Shown piece after piece: positions 25,187 through 38,174 of a DNA stretch of 64,000 nt (its first letter is position 1; each line of letters starts with the position of its first letter). Location: positions 18,873,048-18,937,047 of the forward strand of contig OZ316891.1 of NCBI GenBank assembly GCA_973895155.1, read 5' to 3'. Under the pieces are notes generated by a model that was given only the letters and a program-made list of their open reading frames with translations, was not told the origin of the DNA and did not search any database. The position numbers and the translations under genes are program-made. This DNA comes from Marsupella aquatica. Lineage: Eukaryota > Plantae > Marchantiophyta.

Positions 25187-26689
25187 CTAAACTTGCACAC
25201 ACAACAACACAACTTGCATGTAAGGATTAATTGCACATTATTTAGTATTTCACATTTTCAAATTCTCTACAAGAACATCTGACACAAAAAGTGTCATTCC
25301 AGGGTCTTAATTGTAACAAAAACAAGTATGGGGGGTCTAAACCGTAACAACCCTTTTATGGGGGTCCATGAAGTAAACTGTTTTTGCTCAGGTTTCCATC
25401 AGCTAGGCTTAATATGCCTCCCTTTCTTTGTCTTGCTTTGATATCTTCTGTGCAATGCATAGGACTGGGCTATTAATTACTATCATACCATATTAAATAG
25501 TCTAACAGAGTAGTTACCACCACCTACCCTAGACATAACCTCATAGAAAGTAGAGTGTGTTTGTTGACTAATTAGTTTAAAGAGGGTTAATCTGACTTAA
25601 AAAAAAATGCTTCACAACAACAAGGCATATTTATAAGAGAAAGGGGATAAATCATCCCCATAATGAAAGCGTCATTAAAAACTATAATAAAAGGTCCCTC
25701 ATTTTTAAAAAGGTCCATTTATGAATTCGCACGGCCAAGAAAAAGTGGGAAGAATAGAAAACAACGATTAGTCACAAAAAAACTGGAGGAACAAAGAAAA
25801 TGGAAAAATAGGAGGGGATCGAGGAGCAAATGGGGGGATCATCGAAGACTCGTTCCCAAATTGCTCATAGATATTCAACCGCAGGTACTCAACGCAAGTC
25901 AACGTCAGGATTGGTTAATTGTATCGTTTCCACAGATTCCTGGATTCTTGGTAAGCTTGTTTTGGCGAGAAAGAGATTTATTCACAATCACTCACAACTA
26001 TCTATGCAAATAGACATGAAAATTGTATAATAATATTTTTTCCACAGATTCCCAGATTTTTTCCTGCTTGTTTGGGGATGGAAGATTTTTTCACAATCAA
26101 CTACTATAATAAGTAATGCCGCCAAAACTCCATCTTCAGCTTACATTTTTGGAATGGTGGGAACAAACGTCAAATGTCAGAATTTAGAATGTTGGGCTTT
26201 TGGGGCATGAGAGTATGAGAATTTAGAAGGAAGAGTATTGGGTTCATTTTGCTTTTCACTGCATTTTGTGCTGAAGGCAAGAAAAGGGGGGGGGGGGGTG
26301 AAGAAATAGGAAAAAATGAAAATCCCAGCATTGTGCAACTGCACCTTGACCCCACAAAAGGGGAGGGGGGGGGGGGGGGGGGCATGCATCGCCTCTCTTG
26401 CCCTCCCTCTCACTTTCCTCAAAAACATTGCTAGAATACAACAATAACAATTTGTTTTACCTAAATAAAATAAAAATGCAAAAGCTAGTACTAAAGGCGA
26501 TTGTTTTTACATTTTTTGTTACTTTCTCTTTATTTGTGTTACCTTTTGGAGAAACAATTGTCCCAATTTTTTTATTGAATTTTGTTTACATTTCTTTCAT
26601 TGGCTTGCTTGCATTTCATTGTCTTGCCTTATCATCTTCACTCCACCCCAACATCTATGTCTCACCTGGGGTCTCACCGTGATGTTACA

Positions 26690-27050
26690 TCTAAACTCGC
26701 CTCAACATTTTTGCCTTGCCTCAACATCTTTGCCTCACCTCAACATTTTTGCCTTGGTTTGACATGGCTGCAACAACTCTATATGGCCGAGATAACACAT
26801 AACATGCCCCCTAGCATGGCTCAACAACTACCCTTGTAAAGCTTAGTATGATCAATTCAACATCTTTGTCTCACCTCAACATTTTTAATTTCTCGCCTCA
26901 CCTCACATCTTTGCCTTGCCTCAAGATTTTATTGCATCTCAACATCTTTTCTTGCCTCAACATCTTTGTTTTGCTTGAACACCATCTTTCTTGCCTACAT
27001 CTTCTTTTTGCCTCACCATCTTTCTTGCCTCAACATCTTTCTTTGCCTCT
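26690..27050. repeat. Degenerate ~18-20-bp minisatellite
   Basis: Recurrent (g)cctcaacatctt(t)tgcctt units. Confidence 0.7.
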
Positions 27051-27568
27051 CGATCTAGACCTAGCCAAGAGGGCCTATTTAAGACTTATTTGCCTTGTTA
27101 GGTATTTCTCTTATTTAGGCCCTGCTAGCTAGGCCCTGCTAGCTAGGTCTAGATTGATATATCAAATTACTTTGTAACCACAGTTAGTGTTCAAGCCCTA
27201 AATAGTCAATTGTGTGGTAAATACACTTAAATGTGCAACTACTATTTATTCTTACTAGCAAGTTTTAGTTAGTGGATGGAATTTACTTAGGCTCATTGTG
27301 GCCTTGGAGACTTGATAATATGGCCAACGGGCTTAAATTTAGTCAAGCTCTCTTCAAGACTGTGTTTAAGGTTTAAATTCCTGAACCTACCCCCTGGTGA
27401 GGTGAATCGCTTATTCATGTGCTGATTACTTGTGCATTGATTTCTATAATTATTTATATGTGCATGTTGTATTATGAGTAATGGTAATTTTATTCAACAT
27501 GCCCTTTCTTGACATTTTTTCTCACCTGAGTGACATCTTATGTGCAAGGCACATGCATAGGGCTAGTC

Positions 27569-27710
27569 GCTCATAAGTATTCTATACTAGTATTTAAGCT
27601 AAAGCTCATAAGTATTCCATACTAGTATTTAAGCTAAAGCTAAAGCTCATAAGTATTCCATACTAGTATTTAAGCTAATTAAAGCAAGTCGCTCATAAGT
27701 ATTCTATGCA
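27569..27710. repeat. ~35-40-bp tandem repeat
   Basis: gctcataagtattc(c/t)atactagtatttaagctaa x3 plus partial copies. Confidence 0.75.
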
Positions 27711-28250
27711 AGTAAAGATCGGGGTAAAGATCAAGACGGGGATCAAGATTGGTTGAGAGTATTTTGTTGCTCAGGCATGGGGCTAGTCGCTCATAAGAAT
27801 TCTATGCAAGGAAAGATCAAGATTGGTTAGGAATATTTTTCACACAGATTCCCAGATTTTTTTGGCTTTCTTGTTTTCAAATATTAATATGCAACCCCAA
27901 TCCCTCTTTGCATCACTTAGTTGTAAGTGATTGTGAATTACATTAAGCTGTGTCGACAAATGGTCATCTTTGTGCGACAAGGTCTAGAGTCTCTGGGCCG
28001 TTCCATGGCTGCAGCAGCTACAGCTACAGTTCAAGCATCGGGCAGACAATTCTAGTTTAGAAAATTGAAGAAAGCCTGTGGGAAAAAATTACAGTAGTTG
28101 ATTGTGAAGCGTGCAGACTGTGCAGATCGAGAATATGAAGCTCTAGCTAGATGGATACACTGTTTTGCAGACCAACGATCTGCGGTGGCACTTCCTTCCA
28201 TGAAATGGAGCTTTTCTCGAAGGACGCAAGCTGCATGACCATGGCAGCAT

Positions 28251-31200
28251 CTAACGGGAATGCTTCTGGACGCGGCTGATCCTTGGTCTTGCAACGACCT
28301 CGAGAGGGTAAAGCTTTTGGGTGGTGAGGTAACCCTCATCTTCAACTAAAGACTTATCATGCTTAGGCAAGGTGCAGTGGAAGTGTTGCAGGTAAGTGGC
28401 GATGAAACTGCAGACCATGGTTGTCGCTTGCAACGCTCCGGCACACCTCCGCCTGCCCAGCCCGAAAGGAATCAGCTCGAAGTTGTTCACTCCCATGTCC
28501 AGTTCTGGAGCATTCATGAATCGGTCCGGAATCCATTCGTCCCATTTTGCCCATCTCGTCTTGTCGTTGTTAATCCCATATATATTGATTAGCACCTGCT
28601 CTTCCAACGACGACAATGACGGTCAGTTCAGCTTCCAGGCTCACGCAAAAAAATGATATTAGTTCGAGTATTGATTATTTGTTAGTTCCAGTTCCATACA
28701 GGTAAATAGTGCACTTGATGAACTTCTCCCACATGGTTGATCACCGTTTCCCATATTTAATGTTAAAGAGATCATGTAGTTCTCGTACTTAAGATTTCTT
28801 TACTTGAACCTTCAATACATATGCATTCATAAAGTGATTAAGATCGGTCAGTTACATCCTTCTCACATGGCGACAATCTGATAATAGGGCATCTCGATAA
28901 GCAGCCATACCAAGACAAGGCTTTCTCATAACTCGCTTATGGGAACTCCCCTGAAGTCCTGGGCTGGGAGACTTTTGGATATCTTAAGGATAGCCAGTAA
29001 GCTCAACACTTAATTAAGAATCCTCACAGTTTTCTTAAGATTTGGGCACAAATCCAGTATTTGAAAATCTGAGATTGACGGTGACTTGACGTGGTGATGG
29101 TTGTTGCATATGAAATGGCGGCTTACCTAGAAGGAATGAAATTAAAGAGCAAATAATTATGTGTTATGAGAGTGAAATGAGACCATAAACCCCTGCCTTC
29201 CAGAGCGGAGCAACGCTGCTTTCCCAAAACCAGAGTTCGAGGTTGAACTTTCCACCATGGCCAAGCTTTGGGACGCCTAATGAAGTTTGATCAGAAACAT
29301 TGTGGACCAACATTTAAATCCTTGAACAAATCTGGTAACTGTAAGAAGTAAGAACAAAACACTAATCGACATCCAGAGTCTCGTGTCCTCCGTTGGTGCG
29401 GACAATTCGGAATCTCGTTATCGCACTTAATCTAACGTGATGAGTTCTATTTGTGTCAAATTTCATGACACGTTCGTGCATTAAGCCTAAAGTCTTGCCT
29501 CGGTCGGCGGGACCCTACTCTGGCTCTTTCAGTGTGAACATCAAATCCAAGACATGATCGATCGAGCCATGATTGACATTGTAGAAGTTTCCTGAGCGCG
29601 AATCCGTTCCATAACGTAACGCGAAAACCCACAACCTACAGGTCAGAATCATTCTGAGAATCGTGGAAAGATAGACGAACCTGCCAGCCCTTTGGGATGT
29701 CGTAGCCCCCAATGGTGATGTCCTCCTCCACCTCGCGCGGTGGCATTAAAACAATCGGACAATGCAATCTCAACGTCTCCTTCAAAATGGCGTCCAGGAA
29801 TGGTAGATTGGGTAAATCGCTTTCCTTCACACTGCGGCTCCCCACGACCTTCTGAATCTCTTGGTACAGCCGATCCTGCGTAAATCAAAGTAACCTGGAT
29901 CAATGAACCTTTCACAACCTTCTTGGTCCTAGGTAGCAACATCATACAGTTGTCAGGAAATCCTAAACAGGCGTCCTGCAGTCAACAGATAAGTCTGGAA
30001 TTCAGCGACTTCCGCAGCCAACGGCCTGCGAATTTTGAATTACAAATGGAACATTTCGAATGGATGGCTGAAATATACACTAAGAGAAATTCCAGAACAA
30101 ATCATTAGATAATTTCACTTGGGTTTAATAGTGATCGTTTAGAATAGCATGAATCAGACTAAATTTTCAGAATTGAAGACGAAACTAATAATGGCTAAAT
30201 CCAAGAAATCAATACAGTTGTGATACAAGGTGGGTGAAACTTAGTAATTAACACTTCTCATCCAACTGCATCGCCAGCTGTACGTGCTATTTAGCTCCCT
30301 AACACGACTGTGCTGGCAACACATGTGCTCCAAGTTCTGTACTAATATTGACGGACACTGACATACATAATAATATGGTTCTACATCTGCGTTGTGGTAA
30401 ATGTCATTAACACTTCAGAAATTCCTCGGAAGGCTACCCCATATTCGGTTCGTTACCCTCCTCAATCTTCATTTGAGTGAATTCAAAATCTCCGCCCCAT
30501 TCCCCATTAAATTCTATATTTACGTCTTAGAAACAGCCAACAGCAATCTGGCATTTCGGACATACCTGAACATCCTGATCCCTCGCAAGCTCATACATGG
30601 CCCATTCTATAGAGACGAGAGAAGTGTCCGAGCCCTCAATGATCGGCTCCCAGGTGAGTAGCTCGAGATTCACACTGTTAAGATCCGTCTCGACTGTCAA
30701 CATATGTTCCAGAAATCCTCCCTTCGGACCCTGCATTCATTGATATCATTCAAGAGCAAAGTTGTTAAGCCCGGACATCCACACGTCGGACCCCATATTG
30801 GTTTTATCATTCAAGAGCACCGTTTGTTAGGTTGCGTCATATCTTTTGCTGCCTGTTTCCTAAACAATTAGAACTGGAAATCTAAGTAGCTCTAGACCAG
30901 AATCTCGAGCAAGCCTCGCGATAAATTAGTGTTTTTAGAGAAAGAGGAAAGTCACCCAGACATCTACATAAGAGCTAAAACATTAAATCCATGAAAACTT
31001 CTAGAGTTCTGTTAATAGAGCTAGCTACTGTTAATACCTTTGACAAAAAACAGTCCTGGCCTGTCTCAATGGTATCGCCCTCGATAGAGTCTTGACGTGT
31101 AACGGCAGTCAAAGCCGGAGAGATTCAACCTTCGACGTACCGCACCTTCTACGTTTTAAACTAGGTATCTAGAGTATTTATTGGAAGATATTGCGTTCAG

Positions 31201-33869
31201 TGGTAAATAATATCGTTCTCGAATGATACTGCTGGGAAGCTAATATAACATTAGATCAAGTCCTGCAGCTATAGCAGGCATGCACATACACCCCACATGG
31301 ATAGATTCTCTGGATCAAGGTGAATCAAGCACAGTAGAAAAGCCGACAGCATCGCTACTGCTCACTCGGACAGCAAGCTTGTGTGGGGAGCAACAGTAGC
31401 GGCTGCTCCGTGTGTACAAACCTGCAACTCGAGATGCCGGCGTTTCTGTTCGATGAGGGCCCGGACCACGAAGGATCGCACTTTTGCAACGTCCACTACT
31501 TTCTTCTCGAAGGCGGGGTTTGGGAGCCAGTTAAGCAACGGTAGAAAATCCCGCCAGTCCACAGTGATGACAGACTTCATGGGATTCACGACCAGATGAT
31601 CAAAAATGTCCCATAGCTCCAAGTTTCCCAACTCCGGCACGTACACACTCTCCGGAACGTAACCCAGGATCTGAAGACAGTTTACGTTACAACGAGCTAA
31701 CAAGAATCAGATGCTTGTCACAACAAACCACAAGAAGGCATCATGTGCATACTATGGTGTCGGCGTAGTTAACATCGAGGAAAGACAAGGAAGTCCTAGT
31801 ATGAGCTAGCAGTTTGGTGAGCTTCATTGGAAGGTACAGGAACTAGGCGGGGAACTAAGACGGCGGATCTGCCAGAGGGCCGGGGAGCACGTTCAAACAC
31901 AGTCTGCAGGGGGTGGAAGGGAAAGTGCTAAAAAATCACTAATAGACGATGTTAAACTGTGCTATTAATGATCAAAACATCAAACTTTCCTTGTTATCGC
32001 TAAAATGCTCAGTTTCCCGCTCCGGGGCAGGCCAAGGTCAGACTGAGAAGTGAAGACAGTCTTGAACAGAACGGGGGTCTAAATGTTTAAAGAGGCAATA
32101 GGAATGATATCAGATACCAATGAAACCTTTTGGCACCCGGGTAGAAAGGAAAAACAGGATTGAAGTAATATATGGTCATGATCAGTCAATTGTAGCAACA
32201 CAAGGCATGAATGAATGATAGCCTGAGATAGAGAACCTGGTGCATCACGAAGTGGAATAAGTAGTGCTTGATAGATTCTCTGACGTTCACCAGGCCAGAT
32301 GATCCGTCTAGTTTCAGAAAGACTCCATCTACAACACTCTCCAGCAATTGCTCGCGAAGGAAACTCATCGATTTCTGCGCAGCAAGTCAACCAATTGCAG
32401 AGATTTTGAACGAAACTCGACGATTGCCTAGATGACGCAGCTACATTATGTACTTACGTTTTCTCTCATGACATGCACTGAATTCAGACCCGACCTACCC
32501 ACAAACTAACCAATTCATGTTCATGACAAATTTATTCCAATGTAAACCTTCCAAGGTACGCTCTTGCTACTTCAACAAGATCAGCACGAGCTCTGGGAGG
32601 TATTTTAACGAGCGAGAAGAAACTTGTCTAGATACTAGATACCAGAAGAGCACAAACCTGGGGAGCGCTTGCCAGAACTCGGCTTGAAAGCAGCTTCTTC
32701 AGCTTGCGGTACTCATCGCCATAATCACTTAGTGCTACGAGATTCTTGTCCTTAGACCAAACTTTCAGATTACTCAGAAGTTTCCTCTTGGACAATTTTT
32801 CGAACTTCGTCACGGCAGCCTTTACATTCATCCATCATGCCACCAAAATTCAGAGGGGTTCATCGAGATAATTCTTAATTCTAAAACTTCCAAGTTTTGA
32901 GCAAATAAGAGGGGAATATTATGCCGTTATTGATCTGCTTTGACTACGTGACTACTAGCTTCATATGGCTTATGATTCATTCTAATTCTAACTTTTTGTG
33001 ACAATTTAACAATTGTTTACCTCCTTAACAAGCTCTGGAGAGGTAATGACGACGTATTTGAAGGGACCGAGGTTGAGCTGAAAAATGGGCCCAAATTTCT
33101 CGGAGAGGTCGGTTATTGTTCGGTGAGGCTTCTGCGATTTCAGCTGCAGCAAGTTTCCAATAAGTGGCAACCCACCCGGCACACCTGTACATCATATTTG
33201 ACGCACAGTGGAGAAAATCGTTTTAGGTGAACGTTTTGCAAGAAAACGCTCACTGTAGAAACAGAAAATAAGTAAATAAATTGCCGATGAACATGCGTTA
33301 GTAATCTCAATTAAAGTAGTAACGAAATTTTCAAAATCGTTCCCTCAAGATCACTCGGAGATTTGTCTAAATTTTAACACTTTCCCTGGAGCCGACTATC
33401 CATTACCGCCCAAGGAGAACGTGCGAAGCCGAGGGATCGAGTCTTCGGTATTCAGGAACAGGGAAAGAAACGGCTATATGAAGACAAAGATCGGAAGATT
33501 CATGACATCAACCAATTTTGGGCTGGACGTATCAGCTAGTGGTCATTCACGTACTGCATAATAAATCATTTACCCCAGGCTGCTATGGACCTAGCTATCG
33601 ACCTACTTTGAACAGATGAACACTTGCCACAACCGACCTGGAGGGTAATGCTTTCGTGTCTTGGAGTATCGACTTCTGAAGAGAGTGGTGAAGCCGCCCA
33701 CCACAAGCACGAGGACCAAGAAGAGAACCGTCAACAAAGAATTCTGCCGCAGCTGCTCTAGCAGCGTCAGAACAATTTGATTCATGGAGCTCTGAGAAGA
33801 CTGATCTGCAGAAGCCGCCAAGTCTCTCGCAGCCTCTCCGTAAATCTGTTCGGAATGGGGCTGTGCCAT
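28251..33869 (-). CDS. CYP701: Cytochrome P450 of the CYP701 family (ent-kaurene oxidase-like)
   Basis: Exons 33869(or 33785)-33638, 33184-33021, 32819-32658, 32374-32237, 31670-31422, 30730-30566, 29875-29681, 28595-28251, all GT-AG. TM anchor and PPG hinge; CYP701-type VTKF..LSKRKL..DKNLVALSDY, VDWRDF and WEPIIEGSDT; KETLR; PFGLGRRRCAGALQA heme motif. Confidence 0.92.
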
Positions 33870-34332
33870 GTCGAGCTGATTGATACGGTCCAAAGCTGAG
33901 CTCTTGATTGATGCGGCCTCACCGACGGGGTATGTTCACAGCGCGTAACGTACATCAGAGTCCTTTGAAGCTCGTCAGCCTGAGCTGGGATGCATCGTCG
34001 ACTAACTTGACATGCTGGGAAAGCCAATCTTTGACAATTCAGGGACCGAGGCCGAAAAGGTGCTTTCGAGCAGCTTCAATTGAGCATTGGATCTCGGCAG
34101 GAGCAGCAGTACCTCTATACAGTCAAGTCATCGTCTAGATCGATCTGCTGCAAGGAGAATATTCTTAACCCTCAATATAAAGGGTATGCCTACATGCTAG
34201 CTGCTTTTATCTACAGTGGCGGTCAACTGATCAAAAATTCCTACTCCACACCTTTCAACGTACACATCGAGCGAATACAAAACTACATTACTTGAGCGGC
34301 TTTTTCAAGGCCCAAAGATTGCCAAGCTCGGT

Positions 34333-34560
34333 TGGCTACAGTAGATCCGAAACCAGACAGGACTAAAGTGCGTCCTGAATCGAATCGAAGGAAAGCGCTC
34401 ATTCGAAGGCTAACAATTGATGCTTCCCTTGTTCACCGGGGGCTACCGACAGTGGCTACAGTAGATCCCAAACAAGACAGGACTAAAGTGTGTACTGAAT
34501 CGAAGGAAAATGCTCATTCGAAGGCTGATAATCGATACTTTCCTTGTCAACGGGGGCTAC
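34333..34560. repeat. ~120-bp tandem duplication upstream of CYP701
   Basis: tggctacagtagatcc...gactaaagtg...gctcattcgaaggct...cgggggctac occurs twice. Confidence 0.75.
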
Positions 34561-34758
34561 AAAAGAAGGGCTAATGAAGCAAGTGTTAGAACTTTCAACA
34601 GCATTGCATTGGACAGGCTGGGAATAGAACTTAGGACGGACCTGCTAGGAATAGAACATAGGACAACCTGCTAGGAATAGGCATAGAACTTAGGACTAGA
34701 ACAACCTGCTAGGAATAGGAATAGAACTTAGGACCTCCTCTGTAATGCGCGATCCTTA

Positions 34759-35094
34759 GGGCTGTCTTGCATGTGCAAGAGTCCTCAAAAAAGCGGCCCT
34801 TACCAGCCCACAAATGTCGGGAAAAAGTGCAAACCAAATCTACCAGGAGTGGGGAGCAGATACACGGGAAAAACGTCCAGAAGTCTGGGTCAAAGACGAC
34901 GTGTTATGTCTACCATTTTGTTTTATTATGATTTGAAGGTTGGGGACCTCAAGGGCCGGAAATTTTCCGGCCCTTGCCCTTGCAACTCCACCAAAGATGG
35001 CGTCAAGACTGCCGAACTGTCGCTTGATTAAAGAAAGGCCACGGGTTCATTTCAGGGCCGGAAACCAAAAGACCTTGTACATGCAAGACGGCCC
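34759..35094. mobile_element. PIF/Harbinger (Tourist-like) MITE
   Basis: TIR gggctgtcttgcatgtgcaag / cttgtacatgcaagacggccc; TTA TSD on both sides; inserted into the tRNA-like part of the TRIM LTR. Confidence 0.85.
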
Positions 35095-35572
35095 TTAATG
35101 CTCTACCATTGAGGGCCCATCATTCCTACATCCATTATCAGTGGAATGATAGTAATGCTTATAGTAATGCTGATAGCAATGCTTACCACTGAGCTACACC
35201 CTAAACCCTAAAGCTACAAGCCCATCATGCCTCGATCCCTTTCCTTTCCAACACCCTGAGTGTGATTCATTTCCAACACCCTCAGCCACACATTTCCAAC
35301 ACCCTACATTTCCAACACCCTCCCTTGAGCCACACTCGCTTCAAGATACATTCATATTTTGAGGGCCATCATGCCTACATCTATTGTCAGTTGAGTGTGG
35401 TTCATTTCCAACATTCTTTCTTGAGCCACATTCCCAACACCCTTTGAGTGTGGTTCATTTCCAACATTCTTTCTTGAGCCACATTCCCAACACCCTCTCT
35501 TGACAGAGCCACATTGGCTTCAAGAGACATTCCTATTTTGGCTCTCATACCATGTTGGAACTTTCAATAGCA

Positions 35573-35647
35573 TGGACTCACTGGCTAGGAATTGAAACTA
35601 GGATCTCCCATGTACATCATAGTGCTCTACCACTGAGCTACAGGCCC
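35573..35647 (-). other. tRNA-derived (pseudo-tRNA) segment with Pol III A and B boxes inside the TRIM LTR
   Basis: GGGCCTGTAGCTCAGTGGTAGAGCAC...ATCCTAGTTTCAATTCCTAG...GTCCA; D-arm and T-arm recognisable, acceptor and anticodon stems degenerate. Confidence 0.75.
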
Positions 35648-35946
35648 ATCATGTCTGCATCCATTACCAGTTCGAGTGTGACTCATTTCCAATTATAGAA
35701 ACAATGAGACGCAAACACAATACATACATGCACCTTCTTGGGAGGGAGTTCTTCCACAGCTTCAAACAAATTTAGAACATCTTTTTTAAATCCCATAACC
35801 CCGCCCGTAACAGAAGTTACACATCATTGAGCATTTTTTAATCTAACTTGTTACCTGTATACTATGAAAAACTGTCTCATGAACCTTGTCAATACATACT
35901 TAGCTGACTGTACAATAAACCTAATCAACCTTTAATTGTGACCTTT

Positions 35947-36300
35947 AGTGGTGGACCTAGTCACCCAGCGTCTCCCCCCCCAATCCCAGTACTCATGCCT
36001 ATTGTAAGTACCCTTGGTGCCCGAATGCCTACACGGAACTCCTTGAGCAAGCCACTTGATGCCCCCGACACCGTTTGTGGGAACTCTCATTTGAAGCAGC
36101 ACTTGCTCCTTAACCTGATAGTCACTCAACGATCTTCACTGCCTGCACAGGTAACCAAACACCTCGATAAGTAACTTGTTATGATCCGAGATCCCCAAGA
36201 CCATTGTCTTGACTCAACCTGAACAGTTGTTAGTAAGTAGGTTAGCAAACAGATTCTCCCATGCCCGCATGGCCTTGCCATATTAAGCCAAAGCCAGAGC
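35947..36300 (-). mobile_element. Diverged 3' fragment of the Gypsy-like LTR family
   Basis: The reverse complement resembles 42521-42739 and ends ggtccaccact. Confidence 0.65.
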
Positions 36301-36303
36301 TAA

Positions 36304-36410
36304 CCTCAGGGGTCTCACTATATGGATCCCTCCCCATCACCTGTGACTTTTTTTAGGCCTCGAACCCCCTAAAATTTAAGAAGAATTTTTTTTAACCCCT
36401 ATAAGGTCTA
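36304..36410. mobile_element. MITE family 1 fragment
   Basis: ctcaggggtctcactatatggat..ccccatcacctg matches the reverse complement of 4320-4393. Confidence 0.7.
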
Positions 36411-36427
36411 AATCTAGGTCTAGAGAT

Positions 36428-36846
36428 CCAGCGCCCTCACCAATCCTAGCACCCTCACCAATCCCACCGCCCTCACCAATCCCAACGCCCTCACCAATCC
36501 CAGCACCCACGCCTAAGTGCCCCTAGGGCCCAAATGCCTCCACGGAATACCTCGAGCAAGCAACCTAGTGCCCCGTGCACCACTATCGGCCCCTCCCATA
36601 TGAAGCCGCACTTGCTCTCCAACATGACCGCTACTCAATGTTCAATCCTCACAGTCTGCACAAGCAACCAAGCATCTCGGTAAGTAACCCTTCAGGACCT
36701 AGATCTCCCAAGTCTAGCATCCTAACTCAAACTCAACAAACATTGACAAGTAGTTCAGCAATAGGTCCTCCCGATGCCATAAGCCAAAACCTGAACCAAC
36801 GCCCACTATTTGTCCAGAACAACTCCTTCCTTGGGCGCAGCCCGGG
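36428..36846 (-). mobile_element. 3' part of an interrupted minus-strand LTR (LTR-B)
   Basis: Reverse complement of 38000-38174 plus 42521-42710; includes 4 tandem 19-bp gccctcaccaatcc units. Confidence 0.85.
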
Positions 36847-38174
36847 TTCCTAGTCGCAAAACTCGACTACCTTAACACTTAGCTCCAACATCGCTGACTT
36901 TGACGCCGAGCTCCCTTATGGTCCAAGCCCGGATAGGCCATCCGGGGAGGACTGAGCATGGGGAGACTTGTGGGCAATGGGAAGTGGCGCTAGCGAAGGC
37001 AAGGCGCCAAGCTGGTGTCACGCACTAGGGACTTAGACTAGCTGAGAGCTAATCAGGTTGAGGGGAAAAAGGGTTGGGCTTGAGGTCGACCGTCCGGAGC
37101 TTCGGACGGACTTTGAGTTTTGAGGGCTTGAGTGAGAGCTCCTCTTCAAGGGCCCAGGGCCAATGGAGTTGATGCCATGGACAACGGACGCTTGGGGAAC
37201 AAGTTATGGCCCAATCCGGGTTTGGCCGGTCGGGGGCCCCTAGCGGCAATGTGATCTGAGGGCCTAAACATGAGCACCGGGTCGGTCCAATCACAACGGG
37301 CTATAGCACTCCGCTTGCGAAAGCCTAACTACGAAGTTATGGGCGTTGCCAGTTGGTGGCACGCCCAAACATGCAGGATAGGGTCCGGGTTGGGGACCAA
37401 AAGTTTGGGGACCAAAGCTGGTCTGAGGGTGGCAGGTCTTAGGGTTTAGGGTTAAGGGTCTCCAGAAGTATATATATATATGAGGGAAGTGGTGTCTCCG
37501 TGGGGGCTAAGGGCGAACCGAAGTTGTGAGCCACGACGGTCGCGACACTAAGGAAAAATGTCAAACGGAAACGACAATAACTTCCCAACGAGAAGTCCGT
37601 TGGGAGACTTCTTGGGTCCGTTGGAAATCTCTCAAGGAGGGCTACATCCTCCTGAGCTTAGCTGAGTCTGGGGGCACTGTAGGTTCTTGAGGTTTGCGGG
37701 TGCTATCTTGCCCGCATGCCAAATCCTGCCGAAACAACAGCCAAGTCGCGTTGAGTCTCTCAAGGGAACTTGCATTGGGGAGGCAAGGCCAAGTAGGTAT
37801 GGAGGTTGATTTCCAAGGACACTTGGCTCCTAGACCATCAATGGGGCGAGAACCAAGAGTTGGTTGCTAGAGTCGAGGTCATTCTGGTCCCGCCGTGTAG
37901 GGACAAGCTTGGGACAAGCTTTAGGACAAGCTACGCTATTTGGGCCATGAGCATGTCCTGGGGGTAGGGCGGTCAGTTGGTGATGGATAGGTACGAGGGG
38001 AAACTCAGGCTGCGCCCAAGGAAGGAGTTGTTCTGGACAAACACTGGGCGTGGGTTTTGGTTCCGGCTTATGGCATCAGGAGGACCTATCGTTGACCTAC
38101 TTGTCAATGTCTATTGAGCTTGAGTTAGGATGCTAGACTTGGGAGATCTAGATCCTGAAGGGTACTTACCGAGG

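Larger units (their letters stand above)
34584..35692 (-). mobile_element. TRIM-like mini LTR retrotransposon with a tRNA-like sequence inside the LTR (rearranged)
   Basis: On the minus strand: ~140-bp LTR ending TTCCAACA (35692-35553), PBS TGGTATGAGAGCC (35552-35540), ~50-bp internal region, PPT AAGAGAGGG, then TGTTGG. The downstream LTR copy ends at 34584 and is expanded by local duplications and a MITE. Confidence 0.7.

Noticed and set aside
26285-26382. Long G runs and the Pro-rich or Gly-rich ORFs over them
   Set aside because: Low-complexity homopolymers; the ORFs have no domain signal.
35573-35647. Functional tRNA gene
   Set aside because: The acceptor and anticodon stems do not pair properly, and it lies within a repeat with a PBS and PPT.
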